From the NCBI GenBank assembly GCA_963737065.1, contig CAVTRC010000001.1, positions 2,304,001-2,368,000 of the forward strand: a stretch of DNA of 64,000 bases, read 5' to 3'. The stretch's first letter is position 1. Every line of letters begins with the position of its first letter. This stretch comes from Candidatus Eremiobacteria bacterium (lineage in GTDB: Bacteria; Vulcanimicrobiota; Vulcanimicrobiia; Vulcanimicrobiales; Vulcanimicrobiaceae). The translations under genes were made by a program, and so were the position numbers. The notes beneath the pieces are model-generated. The model searched no databases and was not told the origin of the DNA. It saw nothing but the letters and a program-made list of their open reading frames with translations. Below are positions 1 through 9,301 of this stretch, piece by piece.

Positions 1-40
1 TCTATCCGCTCACGCCAAGCAACGTACTGCCGCTTGTGAA

Positions 41-484
41 ATGACACGTCAGCCCGACGTCTTTGCGTCGATCGGTGCGACCGTTCGAGCCGTGCGCGGG
101 CGGCTAGACCGCTCGTTGCAAGATGCGGGGCTGCGACTGGGGCAGTACCAGCTCTTGCGTGTGCTGTGGGAGCAAGACGGGTTGACGCCGCGCGAACTTG
201 CGGAGCGTCTCGACGTCGAGATGCCGACGGTGACGCGGACGGTTCAGCGTCTGCTGCGCGACGGCTTCGTACGCCGCGAGGCGCATCCCGCCGACGCGCG
301 CTCCGTTCGTATCTACGTCACGCAGCGCGGCCGGGAGCAACGCGAACGCGTCTTCCGGATTCTCGACCGCGAGACCGAGCACGCATTGAACGGCTTCACA
401 CAGTCCGAGCGCGAGAACCTGGTCGCGCTCATGGAGCGCATCGCGGAGAACCTCCGTCACGACCGCGACATTCCGCGCGCTTGA
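41..484 (+). CDS. MarR-family transcriptional regulator
   Basis: 147 aa winged-HTH pattern: LTPRELAERLDVEMPTVTRTVQRL...HPADARSVRIYVTQRG. Confidence 0.9.
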   Translation: MTRQPDVFASIGATVRAVRGRLDRSLQDAGLRLGQYQLLRVLWEQDGLTPRELAERLDVEMPTVTRTVQRLLRDGFVRREAHPADARSVRIYVTQRGREQRERVFRILDRETEHALNGFTQSERENLVALMERIAENLRHDRDIPRA

Positions 485-524
485 AATAGGAGTAGAATAG
501 AAACGTCAGCACGGAGGGCCACCG

Positions 525-1742
525 ATGGGTCGCGGGTTTATTGTCGCTTGGGCTGCATTCGCCGTTATGGGAGCGGCGATTTGGGCTATCCCGGCTCACG
601 CGCAGCTCAATCCCGTACCGATGGTTACGGCCGACCCCGAACATCTCAATCCCGGCTTCGCCTCCGACCCGATGGGCGCGATCACGAGCACGCGAGAGCT
701 CATCGCCGAGGGCAAGATGGACGAGGCGATCAAGCACCTCGAAACGTACGTGGTCGCGCATCCGATGGAGCCCGCGCCGCGTCGTTTTCTAGGCGACCTC
801 TACTTCCGTACCGGCCAACTGAGCCGCGCGAAGTTTACTTACGAAGAGTTGCTGCGCCAAAACCCGGCGGATAAGGAAACGCATAACCGTCTCGGCACCG
901 TGCTTGCCGTGCAGAATCACGTCGATGCGGCGATCGATCAGTTCAATAAGGCGCTCCCCGGTACCGATTCCGTTGACGACCTCGTCGCGTTACACACGCG
1001 CAGAGGCGATCTCGCGAGCTACCTCGACGAAATCCATCGTCTCTCGAAGCAATATCCGACCGATCCCGCGATCCAAGGCGAAGTCGGTCAAGTCTTCAAT
1101 GCGTTGCGTCAGCCGTACGAGGCGAGCGTGCACTTTCGTCAAGCGCTCGATGAAGACCCGAAGAACCTCACCGCGATCAACGGTCTCGGATTGTCGCTGC
1201 TCATGATGCACGAGTACGCCGACGCCGAGCAGCAATTCGTCAATTGCATCGGCCTCGATCCATACACGTATCAGTGCGAAAACAACCTCGCGGCAGCCGA
1301 ACTCGAAGCACATCACCTCGACAAAGCGAGAGTCGCGTTGGACAAAGCGTTCCACCTCGCTCCCGAACGCGCGGAGACCTTCGTCAACTACGGTTTCCTG
1401 GCCGACGTTGAAGGCGATTGGCAGAAGGCGGTTTCGTACTACGCGAAATCGATTCAGATGTTCCCTTATCTGCGCGAATCGTACATCGATCTCGCGATCG
1501 CATACGAAGAACACAAGATGTATCCGCTGGCGCAAGCGGCGTTGATCAAGGGCATCGCTTCGGTCAACGATGACGGACGCATGCACTTCCTTTTAGGCAA
1601 AGCGTACGAAGCGCAAGGCGACCGCCGCGACGCAATGGCCCAATACAAACTCGCCGCCGCCGGCACCGACCCCGATGCCGCCCGCATCGCCAAGCTTCAA
1701 GTAAACGACATCAGCAGCAACGGCAAACAACCACAAGAGTAG
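525..1742 (+). CDS. Exported tetratricopeptide-repeat protein
   Basis: Signal peptide ending AHA; repeated TPR-like helices (LGDLYFRTGQLSRA, AINGLGLSL, HFLLGKAYEAQGD); GGAGG RBS. Confidence 0.85.
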   Translation: MGRGFIVAWAAFAVMGAAIWAIPAHAQLNPVPMVTADPEHLNPGFASDPMGAITSTRELIAEGKMDEAIKHLETYVVAHPMEPAPRRFLGDLYFRTGQLSRAKFTYEELLRQNPADKETHNRLGTVLAVQNHVDAAIDQFNKALPGTDSVDDLVALHTRRGDLASYLDEIHRLSKQYPTDPAIQGEVGQVFNALRQPYEASVHFRQALDEDPKNLTAINGLGLSLLMMHEYADAEQQFVNCIGLDPYTYQCENNLAAAELEAHHLDKARVALDKAFHLAPERAETFVNYGFLADVEGDWQKAVSYYAKSIQMFPYLRESYIDLAIAYEEHKMYPLAQAALIKGIASVNDDGRMHFLLGKAYEAQGDRRDAMAQYKLAAAGTDPDAARIAKLQVNDISSNGKQPQE

Positions 1743-1784
1743 CCGTTCATACCGATCCTTCGGACACGTTCCGGATGGGACGCG

Positions 1785-2171
1785 TTACGATGGCGTGTTG
1801 ACGTTGGGCGGCTTGAACAATAGGCCGTCGATTTTGTTGTCGGCGTCGAGATGAATGAGTATGTCGTCGGTTCCCTTGTCGAAGTGTGCGATGAATCTTG
1901 CGGGAGTGAATTCAATGCGTTGGTACTTGCCGAGCGAATCGGTGAGCGAAGCCAGAATCGCGTCGACTTTACTTGCGGGAACTTGCGCAAGAAACGAATC
2001 GCTGAACCATGACGGATCGGCATGCCCTGTGCGCAGCATCGTATCGACGCGCTCCGTTGCGATTGCGATGGGCGACGGTGATGCGGCGGGTGCCGGCGTA
2101 GGATCCGTGCGGCCGGCGGTTGCCGAACAGATAAAAAGCAACGCCAGCATAACGCCTATATATGTACGCAT
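1785..2171 (-). CDS. Small exported hypothetical protein (resembles the N-terminal domain of some beta-lactamase-like proteins)
   Basis: Start moved to MRTYIGVMLALL signal peptide; WFSDSFLAQVP and KIDGLLFKP segments. Confidence 0.6.
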   Translation of the reverse strand: MRTYIGVMLALLFICSATAGRTDPTPAPAASPSPIAIATERVDTMLRTGHADPSWFSDSFLAQVPASKVDAILASLTDSLGKYQRIEFTPARFIAHFDKGTDDILIHLDADNKIDGLLFKPPNVNTPS

Positions 2172-2400
2172 GGTGCGCGCGCTTCCGCGCTCGCGCGTGC
2201 CTTCCTCTGCGATACCAGCGAAGTCTCGCGCCTGAGCGGAATCCATAACGGCGTGGGCTGCGTCGAGGACCCGGTAACGAACAGCGGGTGCAGCAAGAAC
2301 GGGCGATCGGTACGATGCATTTCGCAAAACGCCTGAAGTCTTGCACGGGCATCGCCATGGCGTACGACGATCGCGTCCGGCGCTCGCGATCACCTCTTGG

Positions 2401-3582
2401 TTACCGGTGCGCGATTCCGTCGGTAAATCGCTCTAGGTCCGCGAGAATCATCGCACGATGCTCGTCGAAAAGCGGCAGCTCGTGCAGCACGCCGCGCGCG
2501 TCCCACGTGCGCTCGATCATCGCTCGGACGTCTCTGCGCACGATCGACATCGGAAGACTTGCCCGGCGCGCGAAGCGGCGTAGCCTATCGTCATCGTAGA
2601 TCGCGCGATCTTTCGATTCACCAAACGATAAGGCAAGGTTATGATCGACGTTCGGATACGGAAGCGTGCTGACGTAGTCGTACGCCGGCGAAACCTGCGG
2701 TGTTCGCGCATCGCGATAGATCAGCGATGAGTTTTTTAAATGCATGTCGCCGTTGCCGATCATGGCATTGAACGTAATCCGGCGGATGAGTTCGCGCGCG
2801 TCGGTGAAGGCACCGCGCTCGTTCGTTAGTCGCACCATATCCGCGTACGTGTAATTTTTATATTTCTCATGCGGAAATTGCCCGAAGGCTTGATTGAAGT
2901 CTTCGGTGTGGACGCGCAGCGTGTCCGAAGCTCGATCGAAGCGTCGAATCGCAAACGCCATGCCTCGCACGTTGAAATCGGCGGGGATGCCGGTAATCTC
3001 GTCAATAGGCACAAGACGTATTTCCGGCACGTCGATTCCGGCAGCTTGCGCGAATCGCAGCATCGAGTATTCGTTCTCCGTGAGGCCCGGATAGTTGCCG
3101 GAGGACAGCTTTACGATCCAGTCGCCGCCGAGACCGTGCACGGGAATCGTCAATGCGTCTGTTTCCGTAAGCAGTGCACTGAGCTTCAATTGGACGCCGG
3201 GAAGGGAGAAGGTCAGCGCATCGCTAGGCGGCGGTGCAACTGGTTGCGATGGCGATAAGACAACCGCTCCGATCAAGTCTGCACCGAGATACGTCAGCAG
3301 CGGAAAGTCCCGCTCCGGCGAGACGTCCAGATGCTTGGCGATGAGGGTGCGAAGGCCACCTTCCGGGAGTAGGTTCGCGAAGAACGGAGGTGCGAGGCGG
3401 TGTGTCCGTCCTGTCGACTCGAGGACGGAGCCGTCATGAGACACGAACGATTGGCTAAGAACGGGACGGTCGTGGTCCGCAACGTACTCCGGCGTAAACG
3501 CGAATACGGTGGAGTCGTCCGGAAGGTTCGTCAGGTGTCCGACGAGCGTGTCGCGTAACGAGACAGCGAGGGTCTGAATCAC
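2401..3582 (-). CDS. hipA: HipA-family toxin kinase with N-terminal couple_hipA domain
   Basis: PPFFANLLPEG, SLPGVQLK, WIVKL, RRFDR, GNGDMHLKN, SPAYD motifs; GTG start overlaps the antitoxin stop (GTGA). Confidence 0.92.
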   Translation of the reverse strand: MIQTLAVSLRDTLVGHLTNLPDDSTVFAFTPEYVADHDRPVLSQSFVSHDGSVLESTGRTHRLAPPFFANLLPEGGLRTLIAKHLDVSPERDFPLLTYLGADLIGAVVLSPSQPVAPPPSDALTFSLPGVQLKLSALLTETDALTIPVHGLGGDWIVKLSSGNYPGLTENEYSMLRFAQAAGIDVPEIRLVPIDEITGIPADFNVRGMAFAIRRFDRASDTLRVHTEDFNQAFGQFPHEKYKNYTYADMVRLTNERGAFTDARELIRRITFNAMIGNGDMHLKNSSLIYRDARTPQVSPAYDYVSTLPYPNVDHNLALSFGESKDRAIYDDDRLRRFARRASLPMSIVRRDVRAMIERTWDARGVLHELPLFDEHRAMILADLERFTDGIAHR

Positions 3583-3827
3583 ACCGGCATACTTGCAATG
3601 ACCCCTTCGACGAGCCGCGTCGCTCGTTTCGGCACAAGCATCGGCGTCAAGTCCAGCGCCGCGGCCAGTTGGTGAAGGCGCGAGACACGCAGATCGGCGC
3701 CGCGTTCTACTTCGGAAAGCCACGCCTGGGTGACGCCTGCCCGCTCGGCGAGCTGCTTTTGCGTTAACCCAGCCCGTAGACGCGCTGCGCGGATCGCCTC
3801 CCCGCTATACGGAATGGCATATACCAC
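3579..3827 (-). CDS. hipB: XRE-family HTH antitoxin (HipB-like)
   Basis: AIRAARLRAGLTQKQLAERAGVTQAWLSEVERG HTH; coupled upstream of hipA. Confidence 0.85.
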   Translation of the reverse strand: MVYAIPYSGEAIRAARLRAGLTQKQLAERAGVTQAWLSEVERGADLRVSRLHQLAAALDLTPMLVPKRATRLVEGVIASMPV

Positions 3828-3835
3828 ATATCGAA

Positions 3836-3853
3836 TATACGCTATTGCGTATA
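3836..3853. promoter_or_regulatory. Putative HipB operator palindrome TATAC-N8-GTATA
   Basis: TATACGC-TATT-GCGTATA immediately upstream of hipB; second imperfect site TATAC-N8-ATATA at 3806-3823. Confidence 0.65.
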
Positions 3854-3875
3854 CCCAAGCAATGTCGTATCCGTT

Positions 3876-4256
3876 TTACTTTCGAGCGATGCAGTCGATT
3901 TCGACTCGGACGCCGCGCGGTAATCCCGCGACGGCAACGGTCGATCGCGCGGGTTTTGCGGCGCCGAAATACTCGCCGTAGACTTCGTTGACGGCTTGGA
4001 AGTCGTTCATGTCGAGCAGAAAGATCGTCGTCTTCACGACGTCGTCGTAGTTGTAACCGGCCGCCGATAACACCGCGCCGAGATTGCGGCAGACTCGGTC
4101 CGTTTGCGCGGCTACGTCCCCTTCGACGACGTTCATCGTGTTCGGATCGAGCGGAATCTGCCCCGAACAGAACAGTTCGCTGCCGTTTTTTATACCTTGG
4201 CTGTACGGTCCAATGGGCGCCGGCGCGTCGTTGGTTTGAACGGCCTCACGGCTCAC
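3876..4256 (-). CDS. ridA: RidA/YjgF enamine-imine deaminase
   Basis: APAPIGPYSQ, CSGQIPLDP, KPARSTVAVAGLP, VEIDCIA; GTG start overlaps upstream stop. Confidence 0.92.
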   Translation of the reverse strand: MSREAVQTNDAPAPIGPYSQGIKNGSELFCSGQIPLDPNTMNVVEGDVAAQTDRVCRNLGAVLSAAGYNYDDVVKTTIFLLDMNDFQAVNEVYGEYFGAAKPARSTVAVAGLPRGVRVEIDCIARK

Positions 4257-5287
4257 GCGTTCACCGCGTCGCGCGTCATGACGCCTTTGAATGCCATCGG
4301 CGGTTCGTCGGTGATATCGAAGTTCTTGGCATACAGCTCGTCGATCGTACGCATCTCTTCGTCGGTGAGCTCCGGCGTCTCCGGCGCTTTCGCGAACTCG
4401 ACCAGCTGTTCGCGATCGTAGATGTTCGGCAGGATCGTCATCACGCGCGGCTCGCGCAACAGCCATTGAATCGCCGCTTGTCCGAGCGTGCGGTTCGGAC
4501 GTTCCAAGAAGCGCAGCTGCTCTACTTTTTTGATACCGTTCGTCAGCCAATGACGCGGGCGATGCCTGCGATGGTCGTTCTCAGCGAAAACGGTGTCTTC
4601 CGTATAGTGGCCTTCGAGCATACCGCTCGCATGCGGGACCCGAATCATGTAGCCGGTATCGGCCTTTGCATCATACGCCGCTTTGATCTGCTCGTTGCCG
4701 GGATATTGCTCGAGAATGCTCCAGATGATCTGCAGCGATGAGACGTTGTGTTTCTTCACCGAGTCGACGCCTTCGTACAAGAATCCGATCGCCGGTCCAA
4801 GCGCGATCCCGTACATCCGAATCTTTCCTTCGCGCTTGAGCTCTTCGAGCGTCGTCCACATCTGCTCGTCGTTCACGTGATCCATCTTTGCATTGTGCAC
4901 CTGATAGATATCGACATAATCGGTGCCGAGGCGGCGGAGCGATTCATCGAGTGCCTTGCGAATGTACGCGGGCGAAACGTCTTGCGGTAATTCGTTTTGG
5001 CCGCGGCGCGCGCTCGGATTCGAATAGATATCGTAGCCGAACTTCGTCGCGTAGACGACGTCGGCGCGGCGCGAACCGAAGGCTTCGCGCAGCTGTTCCT
5101 CGCTGCGCCCGTTGCCGTACGTATCCGCCGCGTCGTAGAACGTAATGCCGAGGTCGAACGCTTCGTGCAGCATCTTCACGGCATCATCGTCGCTCATCTC
5201 ACCCCACCATCCGGTCGAGGTAGTCCACATGCCGAAGCCTATTTCGCTGACCGTGACGTCGGAGTTCGGATACGTGCGGTACTTCAT
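4253..5287 (-). CDS. Aldo/keto reductase
   Basis: VSEIGFG, FYDAADTYGNGRSEE, ATKFG, SLRRLGTDYVDIYQVH. Confidence 0.92.
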   Translation of the reverse strand: MKYRTYPNSDVTVSEIGFGMWTTSTGWWGEMSDDDAVKMLHEAFDLGITFYDAADTYGNGRSEEQLREAFGSRRADVVYATKFGYDIYSNPSARRGQNELPQDVSPAYIRKALDESLRRLGTDYVDIYQVHNAKMDHVNDEQMWTTLEELKREGKIRMYGIALGPAIGFLYEGVDSVKKHNVSSLQIIWSILEQYPGNEQIKAAYDAKADTGYMIRVPHASGMLEGHYTEDTVFAENDHRRHRPRHWLTNGIKKVEQLRFLERPNRTLGQAAIQWLLREPRVMTILPNIYDREQLVEFAKAPETPELTDEEMRTIDELYAKNFDITDEPPMAFKGVMTRDAVNA

Positions 5288-5346
5288 CGTGCTTTTGCTC
5301 CTTGGCGGGCGGGCTTCTGAACCGCACGGCGCCAACCCTCACTATT

Positions 5347-6771
5347 GTGGAACAGTCCAGCCTCATTGAAGAAGACTTTTTGCGGGTGAGCCGCTGGATC
5401 GACCAATACTTCCAGCACCCCGAGCGTTATGCCGTCCTGCCGAACGTCCGCCCCGGGGAAATTGCCGCGCAACTGCCCGACCACGCGCCCGAGAGCGGCG
5501 AGCCGTTCGAGCACATCCTCCGCGATTTCGAGCGCATTATTGTGCCCGGCATCACCCATTGGAATCACCCGCGGTTCTTCGCGTATTTCGCCACGAGCGC
5601 CGCGCCGGTCGCGATCATGGCCGAAGCGCTCGCCGCGACGCTCGACGTCAAAGTCATGCTGTGGCGCACGTCGCCCGCGGCCGCCGAACTCGAGTCGGTC
5701 GTGATGCGCTGGCTCGGGCGTTTATTGGGCGTTCCGCCACGCTGGACGGGCATCATTTACGACACGGCGTCGATCGCGGGTTTCACTGCGCTTGCAGCGG
5801 CGCGTGAGTCGCTCGGATTCGCGATCCGGGAGAGCGGCATGACGGGCCGCGATCTTCCCGTGATGCGGATCTACGCAACCGAGCACACGCACTCGCACAT
5901 CGAGAAGGCCGCGATCGCGCTCGGCATCGGACAAGTTAACGTCGTCAAAGTCGACTGCGACGCGCGCTTGCGCATGAGTCCCGCCGCATTGGAAGCAGCA
6001 ATCGAACGCGATCTCAAGCGCGGATTCCGGCCGTGTGCCGTCGTCGCGACGGTCGGGACGACGTCGACGACATCGATCGACCCCGTCGCAAAGATTGCCG
6101 AGGTCACCGAACGCTTCGGCGTGTGGCTGCATGTGGATGCCGCATATGCCGGCGTTGCGGCAATCATTCCCGAACATCGCGATGTGATGGATGGTGTCGA
6201 GCGCGCAGATTCGCTCGTCGTCAATCCGCACAAGTGGCTCTTCGTTCCGATGGATCTTTCGGTGCTGTATTTGAAGGACGAGGCGACCGTGCGCCGCGCG
6301 TTTCGTTTGGTGCCGGAGTACTTGACGACGACCGACGCCGACGTGCGTAACTACATGGATTACGGATTGCAACTCGGCCGCCGCTTCCGTGCGCTCAAAC
6401 TGTGGTTCGTGCTGCGCCATATGGGTGCGTCGGGGATGCGCGAACGCCTTCGCGCGCACATCGCCCTCGCTCAGCTCTTTGCGTCGTGGGTTTCGGCGGA
6501 GCACGACTGGGAAGTCCTCGCGCCTCATCCGTTCTCGGTTGTGTGCTTTCGCTTCCATCCTTCGGGATTCGGCGACGAGGCCGAACTCGAACGGCTCAAC
6601 GCGGCGTTGCTCGATGCGGTGAATGCCACCGGCGAAATGTTCATCTCGCACACGAAAATCGGCGGCCGCTATGCGTTGCGGCTGGCCATCGGGAACCTTC
6701 GGACAGCGGAAGCCGATGTGCGGGCAGCTTGGTCGATTCTGCAGCGCGAAGCAATGAAAGTTCCGGCATGA
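5347..6771 (+). CDS. Group II PLP-dependent decarboxylase (aromatic-L-amino-acid decarboxylase-like)
   Basis: THWNHPRFFAYF, WLHVDAAYAG, NPHKW (PLP Lys), LGRRFRALKLWF; start uncertain (GTG 5347). Confidence 0.9.
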   Translation: MEQSSLIEEDFLRVSRWIDQYFQHPERYAVLPNVRPGEIAAQLPDHAPESGEPFEHILRDFERIIVPGITHWNHPRFFAYFATSAAPVAIMAEALAATLDVKVMLWRTSPAAAELESVVMRWLGRLLGVPPRWTGIIYDTASIAGFTALAAARESLGFAIRESGMTGRDLPVMRIYATEHTHSHIEKAAIALGIGQVNVVKVDCDARLRMSPAALEAAIERDLKRGFRPCAVVATVGTTSTTSIDPVAKIAEVTERFGVWLHVDAAYAGVAAIIPEHRDVMDGVERADSLVVNPHKWLFVPMDLSVLYLKDEATVRRAFRLVPEYLTTTDADVRNYMDYGLQLGRRFRALKLWFVLRHMGASGMRERLRAHIALAQLFASWVSAEHDWEVLAPHPFSVVCFRFHPSGFGDEAELERLNAALLDAVNATGEMFISHTKIGGRYALRLAIGNLRTAEADVRAAWSILQREAMKVPA

Positions 6772-8033
6772 GCCGCTTGCATGCCCTGATGATTGATGGC
6801 GGCGGCGAAGACGGCACTGAGCGGATCGCGGCGTTGCAACGGGCGGGGGTCGAGGTAACGGTCGCCAGCAGCATTGGTGAAGCGGTTCGTATAGTAGAGC
6901 GGCAAGAGGGCTTGCACGTCGCCTTGTTCGATATCGGGTTGTTCAATACGTTGAGCGCCCGCCTCGCTGCCTCCATCGAAGAACTCCAGCGCCAACGGAT
7001 ATCGGTACTTCAATTGAATCAACTGAAGAACGATCTTATCGCCGTGCTCGCGCATGATATCAAGGGACCGCTGACGTCGATCGTCGGTTTTGCGGAGCTC
7101 CTCGAAGAGGGCTTCCTGGAAGGCGACGCGGCGACGGATGCTGCGCGTACGATTCGCTCGAACGCCCAGCGCCTTGCGACGCTTGCGAACGATGTGCTCG
7201 CGCTTTCGCGCGTGGAGCACGGCGAATTGGAAATCGCCGACGAGCGCGTCGACCTCGTAAAATTGATCCAAGAAGCGATCGACCTTCACGCGAGCGAGCG
7301 CGAGATTACATTTCACCACGACGTTGCGGAGGCATTCGTCCGCGGCGATTCGGAACGCTTGCGCCAAGTGTTCGACAATCTATTGCGCAACGCGATCAAG
7401 TACTCGCCAAACGGAGAGTCTGTTTGCATCCACGTATGCCTCGACGGAGAGTCATACGTTGCGTCGGTCGTCGATCGCGGTATCGGAATACCGGAAGAAG
7501 AACGCGAGCGGCTCTTCGACCGTTTTTCACGCGGATCGAACGCGCGGCGCGCCAAGATTTCAGGAACCGGCATCGGCCTGTTCATCGTCAAGATGATCGT
7601 GGAACGCCACGGCGGTGACGTCAGCATCACCAGCAAGGTAAGTGAAGGAAGCCGCTTCGAGGTGCGTTTGCCCCGCATCGATGCGGCCGACTCCTTGCGT
7701 CCGATGCGCGTCACCTTGCTCACGCATGACGCGACGCTTTCCCGCTTCGCAGCGTATGAGTTGCGCACGCGCGGCTATCGCGTGCGCGAAGCACCATCGC
7801 TCGAACAGGCCGCGAGCAGAGATTTGCGAACGGGAGACGTGCTCGTCGTCGACGACGGGGTCGCGCCGCTCGGCGAACTCCGTGCATCGGTCCGAGACGA
7901 CGTCTCAGTGCGCCTCGTCGGACTGGGAGAACCCGACGACAACGGTTGGGATGCAACGCTGCCCAAGCCGTTCCTCGTGACCGATCTTCTGCGCGCGATC
8001 GATTCGCCGGCGGATCGCCTCGTCCGTCAATAG
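6768..8033 (+). CDS. Cytoplasmic sensor histidine kinase flanked by receiver-like domains
   Basis: H-box AHDIKGPLTSI, N-box NLLRNAIKY, G-boxes DRGIGI and GTGIGL; C-terminal VVDD...KPF; ATGA overlap with the decarboxylase. Confidence 0.88.
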   Translation: MSRLHALMIDGGGEDGTERIAALQRAGVEVTVASSIGEAVRIVERQEGLHVALFDIGLFNTLSARLAASIEELQRQRISVLQLNQLKNDLIAVLAHDIKGPLTSIVGFAELLEEGFLEGDAATDAARTIRSNAQRLATLANDVLALSRVEHGELEIADERVDLVKLIQEAIDLHASEREITFHHDVAEAFVRGDSERLRQVFDNLLRNAIKYSPNGESVCIHVCLDGESYVASVVDRGIGIPEEERERLFDRFSRGSNARRAKISGTGIGLFIVKMIVERHGGDVSITSKVSEGSRFEVRLPRIDAADSLRPMRVTLLTHDATLSRFAAYELRTRGYRVREAPSLEQAASRDLRTGDVLVVDDGVAPLGELRASVRDDVSVRLVGLGEPDDNGWDATLPKPFLVTDLLRAIDSPADRLVRQ

Positions 8034-9301
8034 AGACGCAGGTACGCGCGGTGCTCCCAGGGGTGAACGGCGCGCCGGTACTGTTCGTATTCCTCGAGCT
8101 TGGCATCGCGAAATGCGTGATACAAATGATCGCCGAGCGCCGCGCGAACGACGGCGTCCTCGTCTAAATCGCTAATCGCTTGACGTAGCGATTTCGGCAA
8201 GGTTCCGATCCCGCGTTCTCTGCGCTCGCGATCGTTCAACTCGTACGTCGAGCCGGCAAGCGAACCGCCCGGAAGAAGGGAGCGCTCAACGCCGTCCGCC
8301 GCGGCACCGAGCAGCACGGCGAGCGCGAGATACGGATTGCACGCGGGATCAGGGCTGCGCATCTCGATGTGACGCGGCCGCTCTGCGGGCGGCACGCGCA
8401 CGAGCGCGTTTGCGCTGCGCTCGGACCATACGGTGTAAATTGGTGCATCCCACGCGGCAACGAGGCGCTTGTACGAGTTGACCGTCGGATTGCAGATTGC
8501 GGTCGTTGCTGCTGCATGTTCGAGCAACCCGCCGACGACATAGAGCATCGTCTGCTCGTCCGCGCCACCGCCGAGGAGCAATTCGACGTGCAGTCCGCTG
8601 CCGGCGCGGTCTTGCAGCGGTTTCGGCATGAACGTTGCATCCAAGCCGAAACTTGCGGCGACATGCTTCGAAAGCGTGCGCAGCGTCAACATGTTGTCTG
8701 CTGCCGCGAGCGAATCGCCGTAGGCGAAGTCGATTTCGTGTTGACCGGGACCGTGTTCGTGATGGGCCGATGCAACACGGATACCCATGCTTTGTAGTGC
8801 CGCGACGATTGCATTGCGCGCATCTTCGCCGCGATCGTTCGCCGAGAAATCGAAATACGATCCGACGTCGGCCGTTTCGGTCGCCCTTTCGAACAGATAA
8901 AACTCGGCTTCGAGTGCAATCTGCAATCCGGGCAGCACGTCGTTTGCGCGTTCCACGGCGCGTTTGAGCGTCGTGCGCGGACAGCCTTCGAACGGCGAAC
9001 CGTCCGGCATTTCGATATCGCAGAGCAAGCGCGCTTCGGCGCCGTCACTACCCGACCACGGATACAACGCGAAGGTCGCCGGATCGGGCCGCAGCACCAT
9101 ATCGAGCTCTTCGCCGCGGACGAAGCCGTCGATCGAACCGCCGTCGAACGTGACGCGTCCGGCAAGCGCCGCTTCCAGTTCCGAGACCGGAATTGAAACA
9201 TTCTTGCTAACGCCGAAAATGTCGGCAAAGACGAGACGCACGAAACGCACGTTTTGATCTTTGGCGAGCTTGATGATATCGCGTTTATGTGTGGAGTGCA
9301 T
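8027..9301 (-). CDS. Glutamine synthetase-family protein (divergent active site)
   Basis: FDGGSIDGF, EAEFYLF, HHEHGPGQHEI, FMPKP, NSYKRL, EMRSPDPACNPYL. Confidence 0.85.
   Translation of the reverse strand: MHSTHKRDIIKLAKDQNVRFVRLVFADIFGVSKNVSIPVSELEAALAGRVTFDGGSIDGFVRGEELDMVLRPDPATFALYPWSGSDGAEARLLCDIEMPDGSPFEGCPRTTLKRAVERANDVLPGLQIALEAEFYLFERATETADVGSYFDFSANDRGEDARNAIVAALQSMGIRVASAHHEHGPGQHEIDFAYGDSLAAADNMLTLRTLSKHVAASFGLDATFMPKPLQDRAGSGLHVELLLGGGADEQTMLYVVGGLLEHAAATTAICNPTVNSYKRLVAAWDAPIYTVWSERSANALVRVPPAERPRHIEMRSPDPACNPYLALAVLLGAAADGVERSLLPGGSLAGSTYELNDRERRERGIGTLPKSLRQAISDLDEDAVVRAALGDHLYHAFRDAKLEEYEQYRRAVHPWEHRAYLRLY

Noticed and set aside
3583..3723. N-terminal extension of HipA in the ORF track
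   Set aside because: Overlaps the antitoxin gene; the GTG at 3582 gives a coupled start.
6402..6767. Extended histidine kinase N-terminus
   Set aside because: Off-frame overlap with the decarboxylase; ATG 6768 is coupled.
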